This document shows positions 1 to 11,018 of a stretch of 64,000 nucleotides of DNA, piece by piece. Numbering within the stretch: position 1 is the first letter of the stretch; every line of letters starts with the position of its first letter. The DNA is taken from the NCBI RefSeq assembly GCF_006345805.1, contig NC_043007.1:49290001-49354000 (forward strand), read 5' to 3'. The DNA is from Octopus sinensis (lineage: Eukaryota). The position numbers and the translations under genes were made by a program. A model generated the notes under the pieces. The model did no database searches and had not been told where the DNA came from. It was given only the letters and a program-made list of their open reading frames with translations.

Positions 1-173
1 TCCTTTCCTTCATCTCTGAATGCCTTATTCCGTTCCCTTCAATTACCCCTAGGTACTTGTAGCTCTCCGCTGGGTCTAGTTCTTTTATGACATTCTGCTG
101 GTCAAGGTTAACGTTAGATGTTTCTGTCATTTTTCCTTTGATAAAGGTAGCCTTTGCACATTTATGATTTGCA

Positions 174-272
<99 letters not shown>

Positions 273-304
273 GTGGTAGTAGTAGTAGTAGTAGTAGTAG
301 TAGT
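174..304. repeat. (TTA)n-(TAG)n microsatellite; other large TTA/TAA arrays at 28508-28690, 33270-33372, 38247-38391, 40991-41477, 43805-44012, 45344-45495, 54098-54275 and 54668-54730
   Basis: Seen directly. Many (TA)n, (CA)n and (TG)n tracts also occur throughout the window. Confidence 0.97.
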
Positions 305-711
305 AATTTATTCTATTTTATTTTTCAAAAATTGGGACAGAAACGAAACAAATAAACACGGACAGGACAGGCGGCGGTTGGGATAAAACAACGAGTGAAA
401 GATTACGAGACGAAAGTGAAGAAAGTCGGAGTAAATCAGAGAGGAATAGGTGAGAAAAAAAGACTGGAAGATGGGAAATGTGAGCGAATGAGATTGAGGG
501 TAAGAGGAATAGGGAAGATAATGGTTTCTAATTTAGATACAAGACCAGCAATTTTGTGTGGAGAGAGCAGTCGATATCACAGCTACTAGTACTTGACTAG
601 TACATTGTTTTAGCCTACACGAAATGAAAGAGAAAGTTGACCTTAGCAGTATTTGAACTCAAATACAAACAACCGGAACGGATAGTGTGTTTTGTGTGTG
701 TGTGTATGTGT

Positions 712-743
<32 letters not shown>

Positions 744-1008
744 ATACATGTGCGCGCGCGTTTGTGCATGTGTCTGTGCGAGCGCTTAAGTATATGTATA
801 CTTTTATTCTTTTATATGTTTTAGTCATTTGACTGCGGCCATGGGAGACTATTTATCGAAAATATCCTGAATACTATCTCCAACATTAGCGCCACAAATA
901 TGAGCCTTGTTAAATAACTGGTTAATCTTCAGATGAATTAACTGAGGGAGCCTTTTATTCACAATCGTAGTGATTTTCGACTGAAACTGGAATTTAGCAT
1001 GCAGAGGG

Positions 1009-1048
<40 letters not shown>

Positions 1049-1089
1049 CAATAAATGGTGGGGTTGTGTTGACCGCACGTGGAGAAATG

Positions 1090-1475
1090 ATAAGTAAGGA
1101 AAAATTTTTTTTTAAATGCAGAATGCTCAAATGAAAGAAAATTTTTATAAAATGAGAAATTGATAAAATATATAAATATATATTTATTCAACCGGTTTTC
1201 GTCATTGTATGACTTGTCAAGAATATTTATGTTTTAAAAAGTTTTTTTAAAAATTAGAAAGGGGAAAAAATGAAAAAAAGAAAATTGCATTGTTTTTTGT
1301 AAAAGAATAATGATAAAATTCAAAAAAACTTTTTAAAACATAAATATTCTTGACAAGTCATACAATGACGAAAACCGGTTGAATAAATATATATTTATAT
1401 ATTTTATCAATTTCTCATTTTATTAAAATTTTCTTTCATTTGAGCATTCTGCATTTAAAAAAAAATTTTTCCTTA

Positions 1476-1480
<5 letters not shown>
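1090..1480. repeat. Long near-perfect inverted repeat (foldback/MITE-like)
   Basis: Arms 1090-1248 and 1322-1480 (~159 bp) are reverse complements with about one mismatch, separated by a 73-bp spacer. The ORF track shows the same peptide MSILHLKKNFSLLI on both strands. Confidence 0.9.
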
Positions 1481-1537
<57 letters not shown>

Positions 1538-1538
<1 letters not shown>

Positions 1539-2707
1539 GAGGGGAAGTCAAATATTATCCGCACTTTTGCCATAACATATTTTTATTATTGTCACACTGC
1601 CTTCTGCGCATGCGTGCTTATAGTTAGATTTATTCCTGCCACGTGATCGAAGTTTGAATCTGATTGCTCCATTCTTCTTTCTGGCTTTACAGTGTAAGTA
1701 TGGTCGCCCCACTAGCAATGTGCGCCGAAGAAGAACAAAGAGCAGTGATCCGATTTCTCTGGTCGGAAGGTGTGTCAGTTGCAGAAATTCATCGGAACCT
1801 GCCATCCTCCACCACTGACGAGAAGATTCAGCAAGCTCGAGAGATAGTAATGGTGAACCGGCGATTTATCATCGCTGAGGTAGCTCGTTCTCTGCAGATT
1901 AGTCATAGTTCTGCCTATCAAATCATCCACGATGAGCTCGGCTTCCATAAAGTCTGTGCAAGTGGGTGCCAAGAGAGCTTACTGCAGAGCTAAAGCGCAA
2001 ACGTTTTGAGGTCTGTCAATGTTTACTCGATCGCTACTACAAAGAGGACGAGGAATTTTTAAGCCGAATAGTCACAGGAGATGAAACGTGGGTCCATCCT
2101 TTTGAGGCAAAATCCAAAAGACAGAGTATGGAGTGGAAACATCCTGGATCGCCAGCGACGAAGGCATTCAAGATTCAGTCTTCCGCAGGAAAAGTGAGGC
2201 TAACCCTTTTTTGACGAAAAAGGATGTACCCTTGGAAAAGGGGTGTACGATCAACAGTGCAAGATACAGTGCTTTGCTGGCTATCAAACTGAAGCCAGCA
2301 ATTCGCAACCAAACGCCGAAGTCTATTGTCAAAGAATGCTTTGTTGTTACATGAAAATGCCCACTCACAGCTGCCCAGACCGTTGAAACCATTAACCAAT
2401 TAGGTTTTGAGGTACTGGAACACCCTGCCTATAGCCCAGATCTCGCCCCTTCCAAATATCATATCTTTGGACCGCGCAATGATGGTTTACGAGTTCGTCG
2501 ATATCCTACAGATGAAGATGTGGAGGAAGCGGTGCATAAATGGTTGCATGCCCAACCTTCTTGGAGTGAATACACAAGTTTGTGGACTGCAGGACTAAGG
2601 GCATCGAAAACGAGGGAGACTATGTAGAAAAATGACGTACTTGTTTATCCCTACATTTGTGTAAATATATTGAGAATATCAAGAGTGCGTATAATTTTTT
2701 ACTATAC

Positions 2708-2711
<4 letters not shown>
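1538..2711 (+). mobile_element. Mariner (DD34D) transposon, degenerate and internally deleted
   Basis: Imperfect ~27-bp TIRs (cgaggggaagtcaaatattatccgcact / rc of agtgcgtataattttttactatacctcg) flanked by TA. Frameshifted transposase motifs: EQRAVIRFLW, WVPRELT, IVTGDETWV, HPAYSPDLAPS. Confidence 0.93.
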
Positions 2712-2745
<34 letters not shown>

Positions 2746-3240
2746 TACTTGTTAATTCAAATAACTCACAATGTCCGAACTTGTTCGATTTGCTAGAAAA
2801 TGCAACCAAATATTACTCAAATCATACTAGTCTATCTATGTGTGTGTGTGTGTGTGTGTGCATGCGTGTGTGTTTATATATGCGTGTGCGTGCACATGTA
2901 TGCGTGTGAGTGTATTAGCGTGCGCGTGTACGTGTGTGTAAGCGTCAGCATGTGCGCGCGTGTGTGTGCATGTGTGTGTGTATGTGTGCGTACGCGTGCG
3001 AGTATGTGTATGCGTGTGTGTGAAACTAGACGGCAAACGAAAAAAAAAAAAAAACAGATCCTAGTAAACGAGCCACTATAGGCGTCTTCGTTCCATGTGC
3101 AACCACTTTTCTGAGAATCACATCTTACCGTCTATAAATAGAAAAGGACTCATTAGGTGATGCAGTTGTCAATTACACTCACTGACACCACCACCCAAAA
3201 ATCAAAATAACTGAATGATCACGGCTGGGATGATTTAGAT

Positions 3241-6185
3241 CAGGGGTGGGGAAACCCTCGCCTACGGGTACAATTGTGCCTGCGAGCCCATTTTATTGTA
3301 CCCGCAGGCTGATATACTTGTATGTACAAAATAAAGTAAATTTTTCAATTATAAGATTTATAAAATACTGGTATACCTGTTTGCGACATAGTTCGGATTT
3401 CAACAACGACTTAAAACGATGAGACTCGAACAGAAATCGTCCAGTAATCACCAATTTAGTGGAAATTTTGTTTTTACTACAAAACATATAAAAAAAAATC
3501 TCCGAAATCGACACACACTGTCTTTCTGTGTGTCGATAAGCAAAAAAATGTCTAAAACTCTATTAAAAATTAAAAACAAATTGGCAAAGCTTAATCGAAA
3601 CAGAAACTACAAATTTAGTGCTTTGTGAACAGGATTATAAAAACATATTACCAACTTTTCTTTTTCTGAAAAAGCAATAAAAAATAACTGTTTTCGAAAG
3701 GGGTGTTGCAGTTTTGCTATCAGCCAGTGTCAAGAAGGTCAACAGGAGTTACTTTCATCTACCATCGACCTATCAGTTATCGCCCTTTCCTACTCACCCG
3801 CTTGTCAACACCTTTATTGGCAAGGGAGAGAGAAAAATCAAGTTAAGCCTTGCTGAACCATGAAATATCTTAATTTTTTGCAGATTTTCATTTTTTACTG
3901 TTTTACAACACTGAACGCATGCATTACAACTACGCTTTTGTCAGGAAGCGGTAATAATTAAAATTCCGAAAGTAATAATATAAATTCGACCGGTTTTTAA
4001 CTTTGTTGACTTTGTTAAATCAGATTTTCGATATCCTTGTCAATATGGCAGGCGGTTATAAAAAATCCTAAACAAGGAAATGCTGGTGAACGAGCTTTGT
4101 TTAAATGAAAAATGGGCAGAGCTTTATTTTTTTCATCGAAATAGTTAACAAGTGCATTTGTCTTATTTGCAACGAACAAGAAGCCGTTCATTAAAAAATA
4201 TAATATTGAGAGACATTTTGTGAGTAAGCATAAGACCTATGAAAGAATCTGAGCGTTTGAACAAAATAGCTTTCTTGAAAGAAATCTGTCCAAAAGACAA
4301 GCTTTTTTTAAAAGCCGATTCTTGAAACTGAATCAGTAACTCGAGCTACTTATGCGGTATGCGAAAATATTGCTAAAATATTCAAACCACACAGCAATGG
4401 TGAATTCCTGAAAGAATGTATCCTTACTGCTGTTCAGAATATATGCCCAGAAAAATTTAGTGTTTGGAAATATTAGCTTATCAAGAAGAACTGTTTCTGA
4501 TCGTATTAAAGATATTGCTGATGACATTCGAAATTCTTTAAAATCTGATCCAGCAGAATTCATATTGCATTCATTAGCTATTGATGAGACAACTGATCTG
4601 TCTCATACTGCTTAGATGGCAATATTTATACGTGGAAAAATTGCAAAATTCAACATTCGGGAAGAATTACTCGCCTTGAAGTTAATGCATAGAACAACTA
4701 GAGGTGACTATTTATTTCATATGGTCGACTCAGCCTTAAAGGATTTTGATTTACCGTATGACAAAATGAGTGGTCTTGCTACAGATGACACTCCATCTAT
4801 GGTAGGTCGTGAAAAAGGGTTCGTGACTGTGATTAGGAATGAATTTAAGAAGCGTCTTTTGGATCCGGAAACTTTGTGTCACCGCTTTGTTCATATGGAA
4901 ATTTTATGTGCAAAATCTTCCAAGATGGGCAATGTAATGAAAATTGTAACTAAAGCCGTCAATTTGATAAAAAGCAAAGGGTTGAATAATAGGGAATTTA
5001 AAGAATTTTTGAAAAATCTTGAAGCCGAATATGGGGATTTATTGTACCATTGTAAAATTAAGTGGTTAAGTAAGGCCTAAATGCTTTAGCGATTTTATAA
5101 ACTGAAGGAAGAAGTGAAATTTTTTATAGATATTAAAGGTGTTCCTATTATAGGACTAGAAGATGAAAAGTCTCGAAGTGGTTTAGCATTTTTAGTAAAT
5201 ATAACTAGTATAACTAGTCATTTAAACCATTTGAACTTGAAACTACAAGGCTACAGTCAGTTTGCTTATATCAAAAGCTTTCTTTATTTGTCACACATGT
5301 GAAAAGAAAGTGCTTCACACAATTTCCGAAATTGAGTGAGCAAAATACCGAATCAGTAAAGGAACATTCTGACGAGTGTGAAAGTCTTTTGAAGAAATTT
5401 GAAAGTAGATTTGAAGAAATACAAGATAAAATCGAGCTACGTGTTTTTGAAACACTTTTGTTGTGTGTCCTGAAGAGGCTCCAGATTCATTACAATGAGA
5501 ATTAATTGATTTTATTAAGTCGGATAACTTAATAAAATCGAAGTATTATAATCTGTCTTTATTAGACTTCTACAAATCTATCAATCTTGAGAAATTACCT
5601 GCTTTACATAAAAATGCCTTAAAATTCGCATATCTCTTCTCGACAACATATCAATGTGAGCAATTTTTCAAAAAATTGAATTATGCAAAAAATCGTCTTC
5701 GTACCCAATTTACTGACAAAAACTTGAGTAATGAACAAAGAATATTCCTAAACTTTCAAAAACAGAAAAAAAAGCAGTTTCGTCCTTAATGTGAATTAGC
5801 TTTGATAAAATTATTACTTGAATAAATTTGTTTAAATATGTCATAAACATGAATACCTCATAAGTAATATAAACGTCCTAAATTCAGTGGCGACGTTAAT
5901 GAAGATATTACGCCTTACTTTATTGTGTTAAACTTGTCTTTACTAATGTATATCGAATTATGCATAGATATACTTTTTATTCTTTAATCTTTATATTTGC
6001 TTTAGTCATTTAACTGTGGCCATGCTGGAGCACAGCGTTTAGTCAAGAAAATCGACCCCAGGACTTATTCTTTGTAAGCCTAGTACTTATTCTGTCGGTC
6101 TCTTTTTGCCGAACCGCTAAGTTACGGGGGATGTAAACACACCAGCATCGGTTGTCAAGCGATGTTGGGGACGGCCAACACAGAC

Positions 6186-6240
<55 letters not shown>

Positions 6241-6487
6241 ATATATATACGACGAGCTTCTTTCAGTTCTCGTCTATCAAATCTACTTGCAAGGCTTTGC
6301 TCGGCCCGAGGCTATAGTAGAAGACACTTGCCCAAGGTGACTGAACCCGAAACCATGTGGCTGGTAAGCAATCTACTTAGGTCACTGCCACTCCTGCGCC
6401 TATATATACAAGACTTACCCAGATATAAGAGTCAGCACTTGTGATCCGCCCGCGGACCTTTTTAACTAACAAGTTTCTCCACTCATG
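3241..6487 (+). mobile_element. hAT (Buster/Charlie/SPIN-like) transposon with decayed transposase (~4080-5790)
   Basis: TIRs caggggtggggaaac / rc catgagtggagaaac and a perfect 8-bp TSD ATTTAGAT (3233-3240 and 6488-6495). Motifs LAIDETTD, ATDDTPSMVG, WLSK, STTYQCEQFF. Contains a nested SINE. Confidence 0.93.
5985..6412 (-). mobile_element. tRNA-derived SINE with internal (TA)n, nested in the hAT element
   Basis: Reverse-strand head (ggcgcaggagtggc...gggttcagtc...ttgggcaagtgtcttctactatagcctcgggccga) is related to copies at ~51915-52020 and ~60040-60215. Confidence 0.7.
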
Positions 6488-7227
6488 ATTTAGATCGTAT
6501 TTTCCATATTTTCACTCTATCAGTATTTAAAATGTAATTTTTAAAGAGCAATATTTTTACAAGGGAAGTTACTCTTATAAAAGAGTTGCTTCTATTTTTG
6601 TATTATTTTTATCTTAAATGCACTGAAGCGTTGTTTCTGAACCATTTTGTTATCTATGGGTCTCTTTAATCATTATTTTACTCAGATGGACACTACTAAC
6701 CATTCGAGTTCATTTTCCAATCATAATAAATGGATAAAGTTGGAGAGGTGGTAATTGAAAGTGGATTAGTTCAGAGACACTGCTTAGTGGATTCGTGATT
6801 GGATCGCAACATTCATTGATTAGTCGTTTAGCCCTGGGCCAGCCTTATGTTAAAGGACACGAAATAGACTACGTGGCGATTAAGAAATCGGTTAGGTTGT
6901 CAGAAAGGGGCGGCATGTGCAAGTATATAGTTCTATATGGGTGTGTAGGTGCGCTCGTATACTTTTGCGTGCATGTGTATATTGACGCATGTGCATTTGT
7001 ACACGGGCGCGCTCGCGCACGTCTACACACATACACGCGTGCGCGTGTGCGCTCACACACGCATATACGAGCATACGTTCACATGCACACACATACACGC
7101 ATACACACACATGTGCATCCATATGTATATATGTATATTCACATACATGTACGCATGCATAACAGTGTGTGCGCGCACACGTATGTGCATGTACTTGTGC
7201 ATTCAGACGCATGCATGCGCGAGTATA

Positions 7228-7702
7228 CACGCGCAAAACAGGCGTTGGGAATTGGTAAGCGTTGGGGATTGGTAAGCGTTGAGAGTTGGTAAACGGAAAT
7301 TGATAAATGGCGGCCCTGCTTATGGGAGTCATTGGTAGCGGTGACTTTGGTGCAGGCTGTGCAAAGTAGCAGCTGTTGCTAAGATGGTGTATCCAAGTTG
7401 TCGGTAATCAGAGTTCTGTAATTTGCCGGAAGGGCATTCCTCTGGTGACAGCAGTACGATAAATCGTATTTCTTGTTGATAGATACTGCGGGTTGTTAGA
7501 GGATATGCCGTTTTTCGCGGGAGCAGAGCTGGCAGTTGGAGGTGACGCCTGAATAGGGTGGCGCTCTGTCGATAATAGTCCACTAGCTGCGGGGTATTTC
7601 ATCTCGGAAATCACGGAGTCTCCAGACAATGCTTTAGCTATCAATTCCTAACGCTTACCATTTCCCAACGGTTATCAAAAACCAACGCTTGTTTTGCGTG
7701 TG
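7228..7702. mobile_element. MITE-like non-autonomous element with CAC...GTG ends and 17-bp subterminal repeats
   Basis: Ends cacgcgcaaaacaggcgttgg / rc cacacgcaaaacaagcgttgg, flanked by TA on both sides. Subrepeats of the cgttgggaattggtaag type occur in opposite orientation at the two ends. Confidence 0.75.
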
Positions 7703-8129
7703 TAATCTAGTCGATACCTGTCACACAACTGAAAACGTGTGAGCAGGTTTTGGAGGCTTTTGCACCCCCTCTCCTGTCAGATACTCCCACGCAATCGAAA
7801 CGTCCATCTAAGACAGCGTTACAATCGCCTGATAATACTAGAGTTCACAAAAAAGGAAAAGAAAGACAGTAGAAAAAAAGAGGGAAAAGAGCAAACAGGA
7901 GGAAATTCCATCAGCAGCAATAAGCAAACACAGCAAACAACAACAACACCACCAATACTACCACCACAAGCACCGACACAGTACACAGCACAAACAGACT
8001 GCACAAACATCCACAATGGAAGACTTCTTTTTCCCAACACACAATGCATCACCACCACCACCACCACACATACAAATTTTAAAGCTAAAGCACCACACGT
8101 ACAACACATTAAAAATCAACTTTCCAAAT

Positions 8130-10090
8130 GCTAAGACGAAGACAGGTGTAGGAACAACCAGCGGGTGTATTAGCTTAACGCTCGGGAAGAATGGAAAGTC
8201 TTCTACGTTTCGAGCCTACGCTCTTCGACAGAAAGGATTAAGATGGGAAAAAAAATGAAAGAGAATGAAAAAAAAAAAAAAACAGACGGAGATAGAAATG
8301 CGTAGGATTAACGGTTCAACATGATGAAATGGCCTGAAGGAAGAGGTTGAATGAGAGATAATAACGATAACCCAGCTAAGCAAATTTATTCAAGCGCGTG
8401 TGAGTATGTGAGAATGGTGTGTGTGAGCGCGTATGTATTATGAGTGGGGGCGAGTGCATGAGTATGTATGTGTGGACGAGCTGAGAATTATGTGGACCTC
8501 TGTGTGTGTATGTGCGTGTAAGTGACCCAGTGCGTACATTATGTGGAGTGATATGCGTTTCGTATACTGGTATGTATGCGTGTGCGCGTATGGATGTGTG
8601 TATGTATGTGCGCGCGTATGAATGTGTGTACGTATGTGGAAATCTGTGTGGGATAGGTGTCAGTTATCATCGGGGTGTCATTGCTGAGTCTGATGTTTCA
8701 GAGGTGCTCAACGAACCAGTCAGCCAAGCGGCGTCCCGTTTGACTAATATACAGGGAAGGACAGAGAGAGAGTAGGAGATGCAGTTAGGGAAGATGTGCG
8801 AGGCGGAGAGGTCGGATGGTGTCGCCGGAAGGGTCGGAGGATGGTGCGTTGGAGGGGTAGAGTGGGGTGGTGGTAGTTGTGGGAGAAAGGGAGACGGGTA
8901 AGGGTGGGTCGGGCGCTAAGAGAAAGAGCTGAGGCACGGTCAACAGATTGTGCCCGGGCAAAGGCAGTATGAATAATAGTGAGGGGTTATCACGTACAGT
9001 GAAGTAGCGAGTCATGAGTTGAGACTGGGTCTCAGTCTTGGTCGGTATTGCAGAGCCGGCGTAGACGGAGGAAATGGGAGCAGGGGATGGAGAGCTTGGA
9101 GTGAGTAGGGTTGGTAGAGGAGAAGTTACGGTAGGAGCGTGAGTCTGTGTGTTTGTAGTGGATGGAAGTGGTGAGAGCGGTGTGGTGCATATTGAAGAGA
9201 ATACGAGAGCAGGCTGGAAAGATTGGACAAAGGAGAGGAACATGTCAAGATGTTCACGGGAGAGTGAGGTCACGCCGATACAGTCATCGATATATCGACC
9301 GTATAGCTCAAGAATGAGACTAGTGAACTGTGAGAATATTTGCGCCTCAACATAGCCAACGAACAAGTTCGCATAGCTGAAGTCCATTCTCGTTCCCATA
9401 GCCCTTGGTAAAACTCCCCCGCGAGACCTGTTGGTAAAACTCACTCGCGAACGAAAAGCAGTTGAAGCAGAAAACAAGTTCGGACAAACGAAAAAAAGTG
9501 GAGGTATCAAGCTGAGGGTCTGGCTGAAGTGTTTTAGCGCAAGAAGGCCTTCGTTGTGCGGGATCACTGTGCACAGATGCTTAACGTCGAGAGTGAACAG
9601 GATTTGGGAGGGGCCAGGAAAGAAGGACAAAGAGTTAAACAGACGGAAAGCATGATTAGTATGGTGAATGTGTGATGGGAGTGAAGGACACAGTCAAGGT
9701 ACTTGGAGATCATTCCTGCGGGCAGTTGGAGACGGAGACGATGGGGCGGCCAGGGTTGTTGGGCTTGTGCATTTTGGGAAGGAAGTAAATAGTGAGGGTG
9801 CTTGAGGTAGGGAGAATGAGGTTAGAGGCGGTAGGAAGAGGTCATGAATAGTTGAAGACATAGTCTGTTGGTAGTTAGGAGTGGGGCTGAAGAATAGAGG
9901 GAAACAGAAGGCGATATCCTGAAGTTGGTGGAGAGTTGCACACATCATCACAACAGCTCTATCCTTGTCAGCCGGTTTGATGTTGATATCTTGGCGGCGT
10001 CGGAGACATCGAAGGGCTGAGAGTTCGACCGGAGAGATGTTAAAATGTCTAGGACACCTTAAACGAACTATCATTGAGTTTGAGGAGAGA
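8130..10090 (-). mobile_element. Penelope-like retroelement (RT plus GIY-YIG), degenerate
   Basis: Motifs IKPADK, TLDVKHLCTVIPHNEGL, AMGTRM..SYANLF and YGRYIDD. A GIY-YIG remnant YISQTGRRLADWFVEHL lies near 8700-8770, and a pLTR-like 3' sequence at 8130-8240. Confidence 0.88.
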
Positions 10091-10109
10091 CTATGAACGA
10101 GAAGTGACA

Positions 10110-11018
10110 CCAGCGACAACGTCTATATAGCCATGAGATTGAGTGATTCAGCCCAAGTTACCGACATAGTAAGAATCTACCTCTTACACTGTGTTAGTAA
10201 GGAATTCCCAGATCTTCGTGATGGTTTATACAGGAATGAAGCTCCGTTCGTCATACCCAGTAGCAGTAAAACAGTCTTGGAGAGGACGCGTATAAATTTA
10301 GAAAATTCCTTCTAAACTTCAACCTAAATTTAACTTTCGAGTATGGTACTAAAGTAGTTGATTTCTTGGATGTAAAATTAGACCTTAAATCTGGATTATA
10401 CTATCCCTATAGAAAACCCGAGGAAATCACTAAATATGTCAGTAAATTCTCCAATAACGGCCCACCCAACTACCATCACCACTGCGTAATTAAATCTCTA
10501 GTAAAAGTGATTTCACGGAGGAATATGCAACTAGCATTTTCAATTCCTACACTCATTCGGCTATACGAAAAACCCGCTAGAAACAAGACATTGTATATGA
10601 AAAGTCTAAATGTAAAACTATCCGTCATAATAATGATAAATGTATTGATGGTAATGATAATGTTAATATCGTATCAGCACATAGGCAGATGCTTAAGACA
10701 AATTCGAGTGATACGATTAGACTAGTTTCAATGAATTCCAGTGGATTCATTGGCTTTATTAAATCACCGAAACTAGATGATAATGTACACAACACTAACA
10801 TAAGAATCACTCCCATTTCTGGGAATTGTGAGAATGATATTAGAAGGCCCACTAAATTCATTAAAAGCTATAATAAAAGTAATTGTGTTGATGATGGAGT
10901 CAAGAGGTTAACTAATTAACTAATGGGTATACCAGAAAAAAGTGGCTAAATGTAGTTAAGTGCGGAAATAATTATTGTAGCAAAAATAAGGATATTGATA
11001 ACAACAAAAACATAAGTA
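10110..11018 (+). mobile_element. Naiad-type Penelope-like element, 5' part (RT/thumb and Asn-rich linker)
   Basis: Motifs SDSAQVTDIV.IYLL, GLYRNEA (decayed GLYRDD) and FLDVKLDL..G.YYPYRKP...SNNGPP, then an Asn/Asp-rich frame interrupted by the Helitron. Confidence 0.8.

Noticed and set aside
849-1000. Possible Penelope thumb remnant (IVNKRL...FNKA)
   Set aside because: Too short and degenerate to support.
7739-8134. 131-aa ORF with a Gln/Thr/Pro-rich tail
   Set aside because: It is low-complexity and loosely similar to the L1/Tx1 ORF1 3' region at 30450-30720, so probably a LINE remnant; too weak to call.
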